DNA from: a virus
Taxonomy: Duplodnaviria; Caudoviricetes
Length of the DNA stretch: 43,003 bases
Virus record (IMG/VR): IMGVR_UViG_3300036833_000180
Span: 1-43,003 of that record
Reading direction: 5' to 3' (one strand)
Shown: one piece after another, positions 36,703-43,003 of the stretch
How the letters are laid out: the number at the start of each line of letters is the position of its first letter
How positions within the stretch are numbered: the stretch's first letter is position 1
Notes under the pieces: model-generated
Told to the model about the DNA's origin: nothing
The model's input: the letters and a program-made list of their open reading frames with translations, nothing else
Databases searched by the model: none
Position numbers and translations under genes: made by a program

Positions 36703-36920
36703 CAGCGCCAATCCTTGTCGGTCGCGCGCCATTCGACTTCGCGATGAACGGCGTTCAATTGACTGACGACATCTTCGCTTTTGTACTTGAGCCTGTCCAC
36801 CCAATGCCACAACGCGGCTTCGTAGGCGATCAGCTCGGGAATTGTCATCTTGGAAATGCGCTCCTGCAGGCCAGACAGCCGCGACCGGCCGTTGTGCCGC
36901 AGAATGATTGGCATCACCAC
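36702..36920 (-). CDS. Hypothetical protein
   Basis: Translationally coupled to the portal gene. Confidence 0.6.
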   Translation of the reverse strand: MVMPIILRHNGRSRLSGLQERISKMTIPELIAYEAALWHWVDRLKYKSEDVVSQLNAVHREVEWRATDKDWR

Positions 36921-37399
36921 ACGCGCATGGCTCGACGTTTTGAATTTTCAATCAAATCCGGTTGGGTACCGTCCTTCAACATTTTTTGCAGCGTATCGAC
37001 GCCGCTATAGCCACCGTTCGCCATGCGGGTTTGCCGGCCCAGCGCCATGGCCTCAGACAGGACATTGCCGGGTGCGCCCCACGAACTCACCTGGGCTTGC
37101 TGCATGGCGTTGCCCTGGTCCTTGTATCTTACTTTCGGGGTACCGCCGTGTCGGGTGTCGTGCTGCATGTCGGCGACGCCGTAATCTTCGGCAGCGATAG
37201 TTTCGGCCAGCTTGACGGCTCTGCCGACGATTGAGCCGCCGATGGCGATGGGCTTGAACTCTTGCGCCATTTGCTTTGATAGCGACGTTTCCGCGCAACG
37301 TGGGCAAAGTGGTGGCTCCTCATCGACCTGCTCCATCGTTAAGGTGACATCCATGAAGTGGCCGCAGTCACCACAGCCGAAAGTGCGGACAATTGGCAT
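36914..37399 (-). CDS. FmdB-like zinc-ribbon protein
   Basis: MPI..TF.C..CGH...CPRC N-terminus, a common gene type between terminase and portal. Confidence 0.75.
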   Translation of the reverse strand: MPIVRTFGCGDCGHFMDVTLTMEQVDEEPPLCPRCAETSLSKQMAQEFKPIAIGGSIVGRAVKLAETIAAEDYGVADMQHDTRHGGTPKVRYKDQGNAMQQAQVSSWGAPGNVLSEAMALGRQTRMANGGYSGVDTLQKMLKDGTQPDLIENSKRRAMRVW

Positions 37400-37403
37400 G
37401 ACA

Positions 37404-37493
37404 TCACCCGTGCACAGCGTGAATGGCTAATCCCAAGAACAATACCGCGACGACGACAATCATCAACCACCCCGGCGGCGTAGGGATGTTCAT
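37404..37493 (-). CDS. 29-aa membrane peptide (not in the ORF track)
   Basis: MNIPTPPGWLMIVVVAVLFLGLAIHAVHG; ATG abuts the terminase stop. Confidence 0.5.
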   Translation of the reverse strand: MNIPTPPGWLMIVVVAVLFLGLAIHAVHG

Positions 37494-39290
37494 TCAAAAC
37501 CTGTCCTTATGCTCACGCGACTTGCGATTGATCATTGCCATGTGCTGGCTGAATGCGAATGACAGCACCGTGCCGACGTTCTGCGGCGGCCGGTCGCCCT
37601 TCACACTATCCCACGTGAGATTGCGAGCCACCAGCATAGGCCGACGCCACTCAATCCAAGCATGATGGGCCAGAACGAGTGCAGAAACCAGATCATCGTT
37701 CTCTCCGGTATCAGGTCCGGCACCGATCCAGCCGTCGTCTTCAACGATGCTTTGCATTTGCGCTATTAGTTTCGGCGAGCGCACTTCCAACCGCCGCAGC
37801 ATCAGACTGTCTCGCAGCTCCGAATAGACCTGATGCTTATTGTCAGAATTTGCCTTCCATGCAATTACGTTTCCGGCTCCACCTAATGTGTCGGGTCTTT
37901 TGTACAGGAACCAACGCACTGCTCCAATCATATTCAGGATGTTTTCTGTTCCCGGCTCCCCTTGCAGAATGCCGCGTTCCGCTAATTGACGGAGGTTTCT
38001 CACTTCAGGCAAAACAGCCGCACCCACCCCCGTCACTTCCAGATTGGCTATGTGATCCTTGTACGCGCCCGCTAGGTGCGCCAGCACCCACGCTAATTGA
38101 TAGGTCAACGGCTTATTCGACTGAAACTCCGCGATCTGAACCACCTTATCAGCATAGCAACGCAGCACTTGGATGGCGTGGTCATCACTTTCGCCGCCAC
38201 CGCCACCGGATGGATCAACACCAATGACGTAATGACCGGTGGGTTCGGGCGGCTCCCAGACTTTGAGCATGGCGTCATCGGGCTTGCTCACTTGTTCAAT
38301 GCGGCTGGCCAAGAATTTGTCGTCGAAAATGTATCTGTAGCCTTTGTAGGGTGGCCCGACCGGCGACAGCTGCTCGGAGATTTCCAGGGTCCGCGCCGCC
38401 GGGAAAAAGCCGGAACCGGAGGCGATGAAGCATTCGCGCTCATGCCAAGGAAAATGTCTTAACATATATTCTTCGGCTTTGAATTCGGCTTCGCGTCGCC
38501 ACCACGCGATCTGTTCCGGCCTGATGATGACTTTGTAATTGTCCTTGACGTATCTGGCGCGGTTAATCTCCTCAACCGTCAACCGGCCGTCCCAATAGGT
38601 CTTGTAGTCGGGATCGTCTTTGGCAATGGCGTAGGTCGGGTTGGCCCAGAAGCCGATAAAAATAAATCGCATATGCCTGTCAAGTTTTGCCTGTTGACAG
38701 TGGTTGTAGTACCAGTTGAAGCCGGAGGCGATGCTTTCCCAGATGTAAAGCCGATGCGGGTTTTGTCGCGCCAGCGACGCCTTCAAGCTCTCGACACCGG
38801 CCAAGGACTTCCATTGCGCGCATTCGGTCGCGTGCATCATGTTCAATGCCCGCGACGCGCCCAGGTCCGGATTAGACGCCGCAGCCATAAGGTCAATGAC
38901 GCTGCGGTTGGCGAACGCCATGCCGGAGCGGTTATTCTGAATGAGTTGATGTTCGGGGGATCGCCACTCAGGCGGTAACGTCTCCAATAGACTTCCGAAA
39001 ATTCTGCGCAGACGTTCCAAATTGTCGGTACGGTCGGCAATGATGGCTCCCTGAACGCCGGGGTTGGCGAGTGCCCAGAATAATTCTATTACACTACAGA
39101 CTGTGGTGATGGCGACCTGGCGGCACTTCAAGACGACAAATTCATGAACCCCTTCGTTGAGCCCGCGCGCCACCGCGTCAATGACAATGCGCTGTGACGG
39201 CCACGGCTCAATGCGGCAGCGGCCTTCTTCCTTAGTGTCAATGGAGACACTGGTTAGAAGATCATAAATTCCCTGTCTGATCGTTGGAAT
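37494..39290 (-). CDS. terL: Terminase large subunit (5' end extended to a probable ATT start)
   Basis: VVLKCRQVAITT Walker A variant, MHATECAQW Walker B, WESIASG, YVIGVDPSGG and NDDLVSAL nuclease motifs; the frame is open 39 codons upstream of GTG 39173. Confidence 0.88.
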   Translation of the reverse strand: MPTIRQGIYDLLTSVSIDTKEEGRCRIEPWPSQRIVIDAVARGLNEGVHEFVVLKCRQVAITTVCSVIELFWALANPGVQGAIIADRTDNLERLRRIFGSLLETLPPEWRSPEHQLIQNNRSGMAFANRSVIDLMAAASNPDLGASRALNMMHATECAQWKSLAGVESLKASLARQNPHRLYIWESIASGFNWYYNHCQQAKLDRHMRFIFIGFWANPTYAIAKDDPDYKTYWDGRLTVEEINRARYVKDNYKVIIRPEQIAWWRREAEFKAEEYMLRHFPWHERECFIASGSGFFPAARTLEISEQLSPVGPPYKGYRYIFDDKFLASRIEQVSKPDDAMLKVWEPPEPTGHYVIGVDPSGGGGGESDDHAIQVLRCYADKVVQIAEFQSNKPLTYQLAWVLAHLAGAYKDHIANLEVTGVGAAVLPEVRNLRQLAERGILQGEPGTENILNMIGAVRWFLYKRPDTLGGAGNVIAWKANSDNKHQVYSELRDSLMLRRLEVRSPKLIAQMQSIVEDDGWIGAGPDTGENDDLVSALVLAHHAWIEWRRPMLVARNLTWDSVKGDRPPQNVGTVLSFAFSQHMAMINRKSREHKDRF

Positions 39291-39492
39291 AGGTCACCCC
39301 ATGATGGACTCCGGGCCGGGGAAAGATACCGTACCCGTCACCGTCGCGTCTATGCCAGCGGCCGCTTAGGTAAATGCGAGAGGGCGGGTCGGTACTGCGG
39401 ACGGGCGGTGGGGATGATGGCGGCTTGAGACTGTCCAGCGTTTGATTGAGGCGCTCAAGTTCCCTGACGATGGCGTCGAACTGCTGGTCCAT
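39262..39492 (-). CDS. Hypothetical protein upstream of the terminase
   Basis: GAGGG RBS; N-terminal coiled coil; overlaps the extended terminase 5' end. Confidence 0.5.
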   Translation of the reverse strand: MDQQFDAIVRELERLNQTLDSLKPPSSPPPVRSTDPPSRIYLSGRWHRRDGDGYGIFPRPGVHHGVTYSNDQTGNL

Positions 39493-39528
39493 TTGCGGGT
39501 TCCCTCTGCTATGTTATATACTGCCCGT

Positions 39529-39606
39529 GTCTCCTATCCAGTAGGGTACTTGGGTCTTGAGCCGCCGGGCGCGAAGTTGCTCTCCTCGCCCGGCGGTTCT
39601 TTTTTT
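39529..39606 (+). ncRNA. Candidate small RNA with an anti-RBS loop (UUGCUCUCCU)
   Basis: Upstream TTGCGG-N18-TATACT; 13-bp stem 39559-39571/39587-39599 followed by T7; the loop is complementary to AGGAGAGCAA. Confidence 0.5.
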
Positions 39607-39614
39607 GAGTTGGC

Positions 39615-39830
39615 TTACCTCGGCGATGCTTGATCATGTTCCCGTATCAGCTCATCCATTGCCTCGAATATTGCTTTACCTAGCTTGTGGAAATCCTCCA
39701 GGGCTTGCTGTTCATCGCCTTCAGTGATTTCCGTCAGTGCAAACCACAACATGTCTGCGAGCATAGCGGCCGGTAGATCGAACTCGGGCCAAAGCCGCTG
39801 AGGAAGAAAGACTGGCTTGATCGGCTCCAT
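39615..39830 (-). CDS. Hypothetical protein
   Basis: GGAGAGCAAAAATG start. Confidence 0.65.
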   Translation of the reverse strand: MEPIKPVFLPQRLWPEFDLPAAMLADMLWFALTEITEGDEQQALEDFHKLGKAIFEAMDELIREHDQASPR

Positions 39831-39966
39831 TTTTGCTCTCCATGATCTTGCCTTACTTTAGTCTAAAATTTTTTTTTGACTTTTTTTATTTATTTGGTCA
39901 CTTTTTGTTCCGTCGGGGGTATGGGGGATGGCGGGCCGCGCGGCAATCGCGGCCCGCTGTTGTTAA

Positions 39967-40188
39967 TCACGCCAGCTTCCACTTCAGTTCCGCGACACCG
40001 GTCGGGGTGACTTCGTATCGCGGCTCTGATCGCCAGCCACGGGCCAGCGAGTAAAGTTGCATCGTTCGCATATCGTAGGTCGGGTGACCGCTGCTGTCCT
40101 GATACTTCTTGGCATCCTCATAGCAGTTGAACGGGCCGATCGCACACGGTTCGCTATCGAAGACGACGATCCACTTTTCTTTGCTCAT
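39967..40188 (-). CDS. Hypothetical early protein
   Basis: GGGGAG RBS; ATGA overlap. Confidence 0.6.
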   Translation of the reverse strand: MSKEKWIVVFDSEPCAIGPFNCYEDAKKYQDSSGHPTYDMRTMQLYSLARGWRSEPRYEVTPTGVAELKWKLA

Positions 40189-40361
40189 CGCAACTCCCCT
40201 GATTTGCTGAAGGTATCCTTGACGAGTTTGATTGCCGCCATTTGCCTGCGGTACTCGCCGGGATTGTCGAAGCGGTCGATGGTGTTCTGGAACGCCAGCT
40301 CGATCACCACATCGAGCGCGGCGTCAATGTCGTCGTTTTTGGTCGGCTTGATCTTGAGCAT
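40185..40361 (-). CDS. Hypothetical early protein (58 aa, not in the ORF track)
   Basis: MLKIKPTKNDDIDAALDVVIELAFQNTIDRFDNPGEYRRQMAAIKLVKDTFSKSGELR; AAGGT RBS. Confidence 0.6.
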   Translation of the reverse strand: MLKIKPTKNDDIDAALDVVIELAFQNTIDRFDNPGEYRRQMAAIKLVKDTFSKSGELR

Positions 40362-40494
40362 TGGGGTTACCTTTCAGTTTCTCCATTGTTTTGTTGTAGC
40401 AATAGTCGCAGAGCGGCTGATTGCTCAACGTGTAAACTGCCATTTCATACTCGGGATATTCGCCACGGCACTTTGTGCAGCGGATCATTGGCAT
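40324..40494 (-). CDS. Small zinc-finger early protein
   Basis: GGAGAGCACAATG start; CTKC and CDYC. Confidence 0.6.
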   Translation of the reverse strand: MPMIRCTKCRGEYPEYEMAVYTLSNQPLCDYCYNKTMEKLKGNPNAQDQADQKRRH

Positions 40495-40612
40495 TGTGCT
40501 CTCCACGATTTTGGTTTAGTCCGTGGGTCGGCATTCTTGAACCGGACAAGCGGCTACCTGAGACCGGCAGAATGCCTTTCGGCTCGGACGCCCACGGTCG
40601 CCCGATAAGTAA

Positions 40613-40641
40613 AGTTTAATTCTTGGACATGAGGGCGTCAA
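40613..40641 (-). promoter_or_regulatory. Sigma70-like promoter
   Basis: TTGACG-N17-TAAACT on the - strand. Confidence 0.6.
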
Positions 40642-40665
40642 GAGGAAACTCGCGACGCCCTTTTT
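40632..40665 (+). terminator. Hairpin plus T-run (possibly bidirectional terminator) overlapping the -35 box
   Basis: AGGGCGTC...GACGCCCT followed by TTTT. Confidence 0.45.
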
Positions 40666-40671
40666 GTTTGG

Positions 40672-40866
40672 TTAAAGCTTGCTGGCGACACTCTTGAGGA
40701 TGCGATCAAGTTCCTCGGTCGTTGCGACAATGGCGACATAGTCATCCTCGTCGAAATGCTGTCGGAACTTATCCAAGTCGCCCTTGAGGAATTTGGTGTC
40801 CTTGCGCAGCTCGCCCAGGGCGTCGATCGCCGCAATTTTCTCGTCCAACTCATCATCATCGTCCAT
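40672..40866 (-). CDS. Acidic hypothetical early protein
   Basis: GAGGAGAGCAGACAATG start (MDDDDELDEK...). Confidence 0.65.
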   Translation of the reverse strand: MDDDDELDEKIAAIDALGELRKDTKFLKGDLDKFRQHFDEDDYVAIVATTEELDRILKSVASKL

Positions 40867-40894
40867 TGTCTGCTCTCCTCGTTGTCGCGTTTCA

Positions 40895-40943
40895 TGAACG
40901 CGGCAAAACGGCGGGATCGCTCCCGCCGCTTCGCTCTCGTTCA
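40895..40943 (-). repeat. Intergenic hairpin repeat type A, copy 1
   Basis: TGAACG-AGA-GCGAAGCGG...CCGTTTTGC-CG-CGTTCA on the - strand. Confidence 0.85.
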
Positions 40944-41087
40944 ACGTCCGCTGTCACAGTGTTGAATACAGCCCTCACCGGCTCGGCACTCTGTCCAGCA
41001 ACATTTGGTGCCGTTGCCGCATGCGTGCGCCGTGTGAATGTTTGCCGCCATGACGGCAAGCACGATCAATCTGATTGCTATTCTCAT
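40941..41087 (-). CDS. Small secreted Cys-rich peptide (48 aa)
   Basis: GGAGAGCAACTATG start; signal peptide followed by 6 Cys. Confidence 0.6.
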   Translation of the reverse strand: MRIAIRLIVLAVMAANIHTAHACGNGTKCCWTECRAGEGCIQHCDSGR

Positions 41088-41197
41088 AGTTGCTCTCCAT
41101 CGCGTTCGAAGTGGATTGACGCCACAGCCGGAACGCAATCGTGCTGTGGGAAAAGACGGCTGATGACGTGGTTGTTGGCTCGCCGTTTCGTTCTCGT

Positions 41198-41407
41198 TCA
41201 TTCCACTTCGCCATCGACTTCGATCAATTCAGAAGTTTCACCGCTTTCGTCTTCGATTGATGCTTCTGTCAGTTTGACGCCGTCATTGTCATAGCTAACG
41301 TCGATGCAATCGAGGACATCAAGCATTTTCTTGCGCGCCGTAGCTTCATTTGACGCTGTTACGCGGCAAACAGCCCATAACTTTACGTCGAAAGCGTACT
41401 CTTTCAT
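41198..41407 (-). CDS. Hypothetical early protein
   Basis: GAGGAGAGCAAACAAATG start; KEYAFDVKL.A..RV.A..E..AR. Confidence 0.7.
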   Translation of the reverse strand: MKEYAFDVKLWAVCRVTASNEATARKKMLDVLDCIDVSYDNDGVKLTEASIEDESGETSELIEVDGEVE

Positions 41408-41431
41408 TTGTTTGCTCTCCTCTAATCTCGT

Positions 41432-41668
41432 TCACAACGGCATTGCTGGATTGCCGTCATGGTCCGTTATTTCAACGGATGGCGGCAAACTAATGAACAT
41501 TGGCGTAACTGTGTACTGTTCCGCGTTGTGAGTGATTGCTACGATGGCAACGACCGGATCGCCGTTGGCGAAACAGGAAAACAACGCAAAGTTTTTGTAT
41601 TCGCCGCTCGTCAACAACGCTTCGAATGTTTTCTTATGCTCGGGCGTGATATTTGTTTGTTCGCTCAT
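41432..41668 (-). CDS. Hypothetical early protein
   Basis: GAGGAGAGCAAACCAAAATG start; NFALFSCFANG.P.VAIVA...TPMF. Confidence 0.7.
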   Translation of the reverse strand: MSEQTNITPEHKKTFEALLTSGEYKNFALFSCFANGDPVVAIVAITHNAEQYTVTPMFISLPPSVEITDHDGNPAMPL

Positions 41669-41701
41669 TTTGGTTTGCTCTCCTCTTGTTCGCGTCATCA
41701 A

Positions 41702-41751
41702 TGAACGCGGCAAAACGGGGCGCAACGCGCGTCCCGTTTCGCTCTCATTCA
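41702..41751 (-). repeat. Intergenic hairpin repeat type A, copy 2
   Basis: Near-identical to 42157-42206. Confidence 0.85.
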
Positions 41752-41832
41752 TGGAGCGATTTCGGTTTTGTTGCTCGGATCAAATGCCGCGACAACAAAA
41801 TCAGCTTGCCGCCAATTGCCCTCGTTTGTTTG
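41749..41832 (-). pseudogene. Start-less 3' gene remnant ending in the hairpin TGA
   Basis: Frame QTNEGNWRQADFVVAAFDPSNKTEIAP* has no start codon or RBS. Confidence 0.35.
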
Positions 41833-42141
41833 TTAACTAAAGTAAGTTCCGCAAACTACGCGCTCGAAACTGTCAACGTAGCGGAACACAACGCCGCTAA
41901 AGTAACTGTCGCTGACAATGCCATGCCACTTGCAGAATTTTGGTTCGTGTCGCGCGTAGTCGTCAATCCGCTCAACGTCACTCAAGTCGTAAACCCAAGC
42001 GCGATAGCGAACGAATGAGCGTTCCATTTGCTTGTCTTCCGTGTCCAGATAGTCAAACTCCGCGCGCTCCTTGTCGGTCAACTCATACCAGCGCAAAAGA
42101 TTGCGCGGCACGTTGTTTGTTTTGATCGTAAGCTCACCCAT
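41833..42141 (-). CDS. Hypothetical early protein
   Basis: GAGGAGAGCAAAATG start; IKTNNVPR...EFDYLD...WHG..SDSYFSG. Confidence 0.75.
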   Translation of the reverse strand: MGELTIKTNNVPRNLLRWYELTDKERAEFDYLDTEDKQMERSFVRYRAWVYDLSDVERIDDYARHEPKFCKWHGIVSDSYFSGVVFRYVDSFERVVCGTYFS

Positions 42142-42156
42142 TTTGCTCTCCTCTCA

Positions 42157-42206
42157 TGAACGCGGCAAAACGGAGCGCAACGCGCGCCCCGTTTCGCTCT
42201 CGTTCA
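42157..42206 (-). repeat. Intergenic hairpin repeat type A, copy 3
   Basis: TGAACGAGAGCGAAACGGGGCGCGCGTTGCGCTCCGTTTTGCCGCGTTCA on the - strand. Confidence 0.85.
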
Positions 42207-42328
42207 CTTCTTGAGTTCGGCCATTTTCGACGCGAGCGTGAACAAAGCTTTGTTCAATTTCACGTCCTGGCTCGCGCCGAACCATCGAAACGAGCGGTTG
42301 AAGCGTACACGGTGTTTTGCATGTTCAT
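42204..42328 (-). pseudogene. Internally deleted DUF932/DUF945-like gene
   Basis: Strong RBS and MNMQNTVYASTARFDGSARA are joined out of frame to QDVKLNKALFTLASKMAELKK*, which resembles the C-terminal motif of that family. Confidence 0.55.
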
Positions 42329-42381
42329 TTGATTGCTCTCCTCAGTAACAGACGCGCGGTGCGCGCGTCCGGCATTGAGGA
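42324..42381 (-). repeat. 58-bp direct repeat type B (RBS-sequestering hairpin), copy 1
   Basis: Near-identical to 42605-42662; TCCTCA pairs with TGAGGA. Confidence 0.9.
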
Positions 42382-42411
42382 GATACGGGGCGCATGTTGC
42401 GCCCCGTGCGT

Positions 42412-42609
42412 TCATCGCAGCGATCCCTCGGTAACGAGTGAACGGATCAAGGTTTCGCATCCATCGATCATATGCTCGGCACTCGGGTTGCCGTTGCGCA
42501 TATCGTGTTCGTTGTAGCAAGGCCAGCAGGCGACTAAGCCGAATGGTTTGTTGCAACCACACAACGGACATTCGAGTGAACGGCGGACGTAAGGATGATC
42601 AATATTCAT
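42412..42609 (-). CDS. Small zinc-finger early protein
   Basis: CPLC and CWPC motifs; GAGGAGAGCAATCAAATG start. Confidence 0.7.
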   Translation of the reverse strand: MNIDHPYVRRSLECPLCGCNKPFGLVACWPCYNEHDMRNGNPSAEHMIDGCETLIRSLVTEGSLR

Positions 42610-42662
42610 TTGATTGCTCTCCTCAGTAACAGACGCACGCTACGCGCGTCCGACATTGAGGA
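42605..42662 (-). repeat. 58-bp direct repeat type B, copy 2
   Basis: See 42324-42381. Confidence 0.9.
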
Positions 42663-42803
42663 GGAGAAGCTTCGCCCGGATTGCGTGAGTTACGGTGGGA
42701 GGTTGTTTATCGTTGACCCTGCGGCCACGGTTACCGGGCGACACGACAGGCCGGAGCACCGCGCGTACCTGCTAGCGCCTACGTTTCCGCTCTAGCAATT
42801 CCA

Positions 42804-42831
42804 ACTCTATCAGAGCTGGAGTTGCTGTCAA
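42804..42831 (-). promoter_or_regulatory. Sigma70-like early promoter overlapped by an inverted repeat
   Basis: TTGACA-N16-TAGAGT on -; AGCAACTCCAGCTCT-GAT-AGAGTTGGAATTGCT dyad. Confidence 0.5.
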
Positions 42832-42876
42832 AGGAAATAGTTGGACGAGCTATCCATTCTGCGCATGGCAGCCATG

Positions 42877-43003
42877 ATAGTCCGTCCAACTTTTTCACTT
42901 GACATGGAATGCGTGCCGTGCTAGACACGTAGCTAACGTATCACTGTTAATGTGATACATTAGGAGGGTCCCCGCTTGAACGTCTCTCGGACGCTGCGCG
43001 ATC
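42877..43003 (-). repeat. 127-bp inverted repeat, copy 2 (runs to the contig end)
   Basis: Exact reverse complement of 9016-9142. Confidence 0.95.

Noticed and set aside
39294-39296. Genome-wide reassignment of TGA, suggested by the in-frame TGA before the terminase
   Set aside because: Many genes end in TGA with ATGA/TGATG coupling, so TGA is a normal stop; only local readthrough remains possible.
40895-42662. Possible CRISPR array or hammerhead ribozymes in the repeated elements
   Set aside because: The repeats are separated by whole genes rather than 30-40 bp spacers, no cas genes are present, and the CUGAUGA/GAAA three-way hammerhead core is absent from the conserved part.

Overview
The window is a near-complete, GC-rich tailed-phage genome with podovirus-like gene content. 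A host among the Alphaproteobacteria is a weak inference from composition and gene style. The modules are: tail-fibre and holin-like genes (261-5819, -); a primase/AAA helicase with iteron-like repeats (6010-8919, +); endolysin and an HTH switch (9730-11540); recombination and accessory genes including SSB-like, Acb2/Tad1-like and YqaJ nuclease (11553-17373, +); a long morphogenesis operon with terminase, portal, capsid, tail and ejection proteins (39290-17380, -); and an array of small early genes (42609-39615, -). I recognised no integrase, protelomerase, DNA polymerase, tRNA or CRISPR array. Five observations stand out. (1) A perfect 126-bp palindrome at the left end and a 127-bp inverted copy of 9016-9142 at the right end suggest collapsed long inverted terminal repeats with hairpin ends, although an assembly artefact is possible. 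(2) A candidate ~78-nt sRNA displays the exact complement of the AGGAGAGCAA ribosome-binding motif shared by about 12 genes. (3) Five unannotated protamine-like microproteins lie in tandem in the virion operon. (4) The terminase and a hidden gene after the capsid both appear to start at AUU. (5) Hairpin-delimited early gene cassettes include deletion remnants. Product calls come from motif recognition only; no database searches were run.
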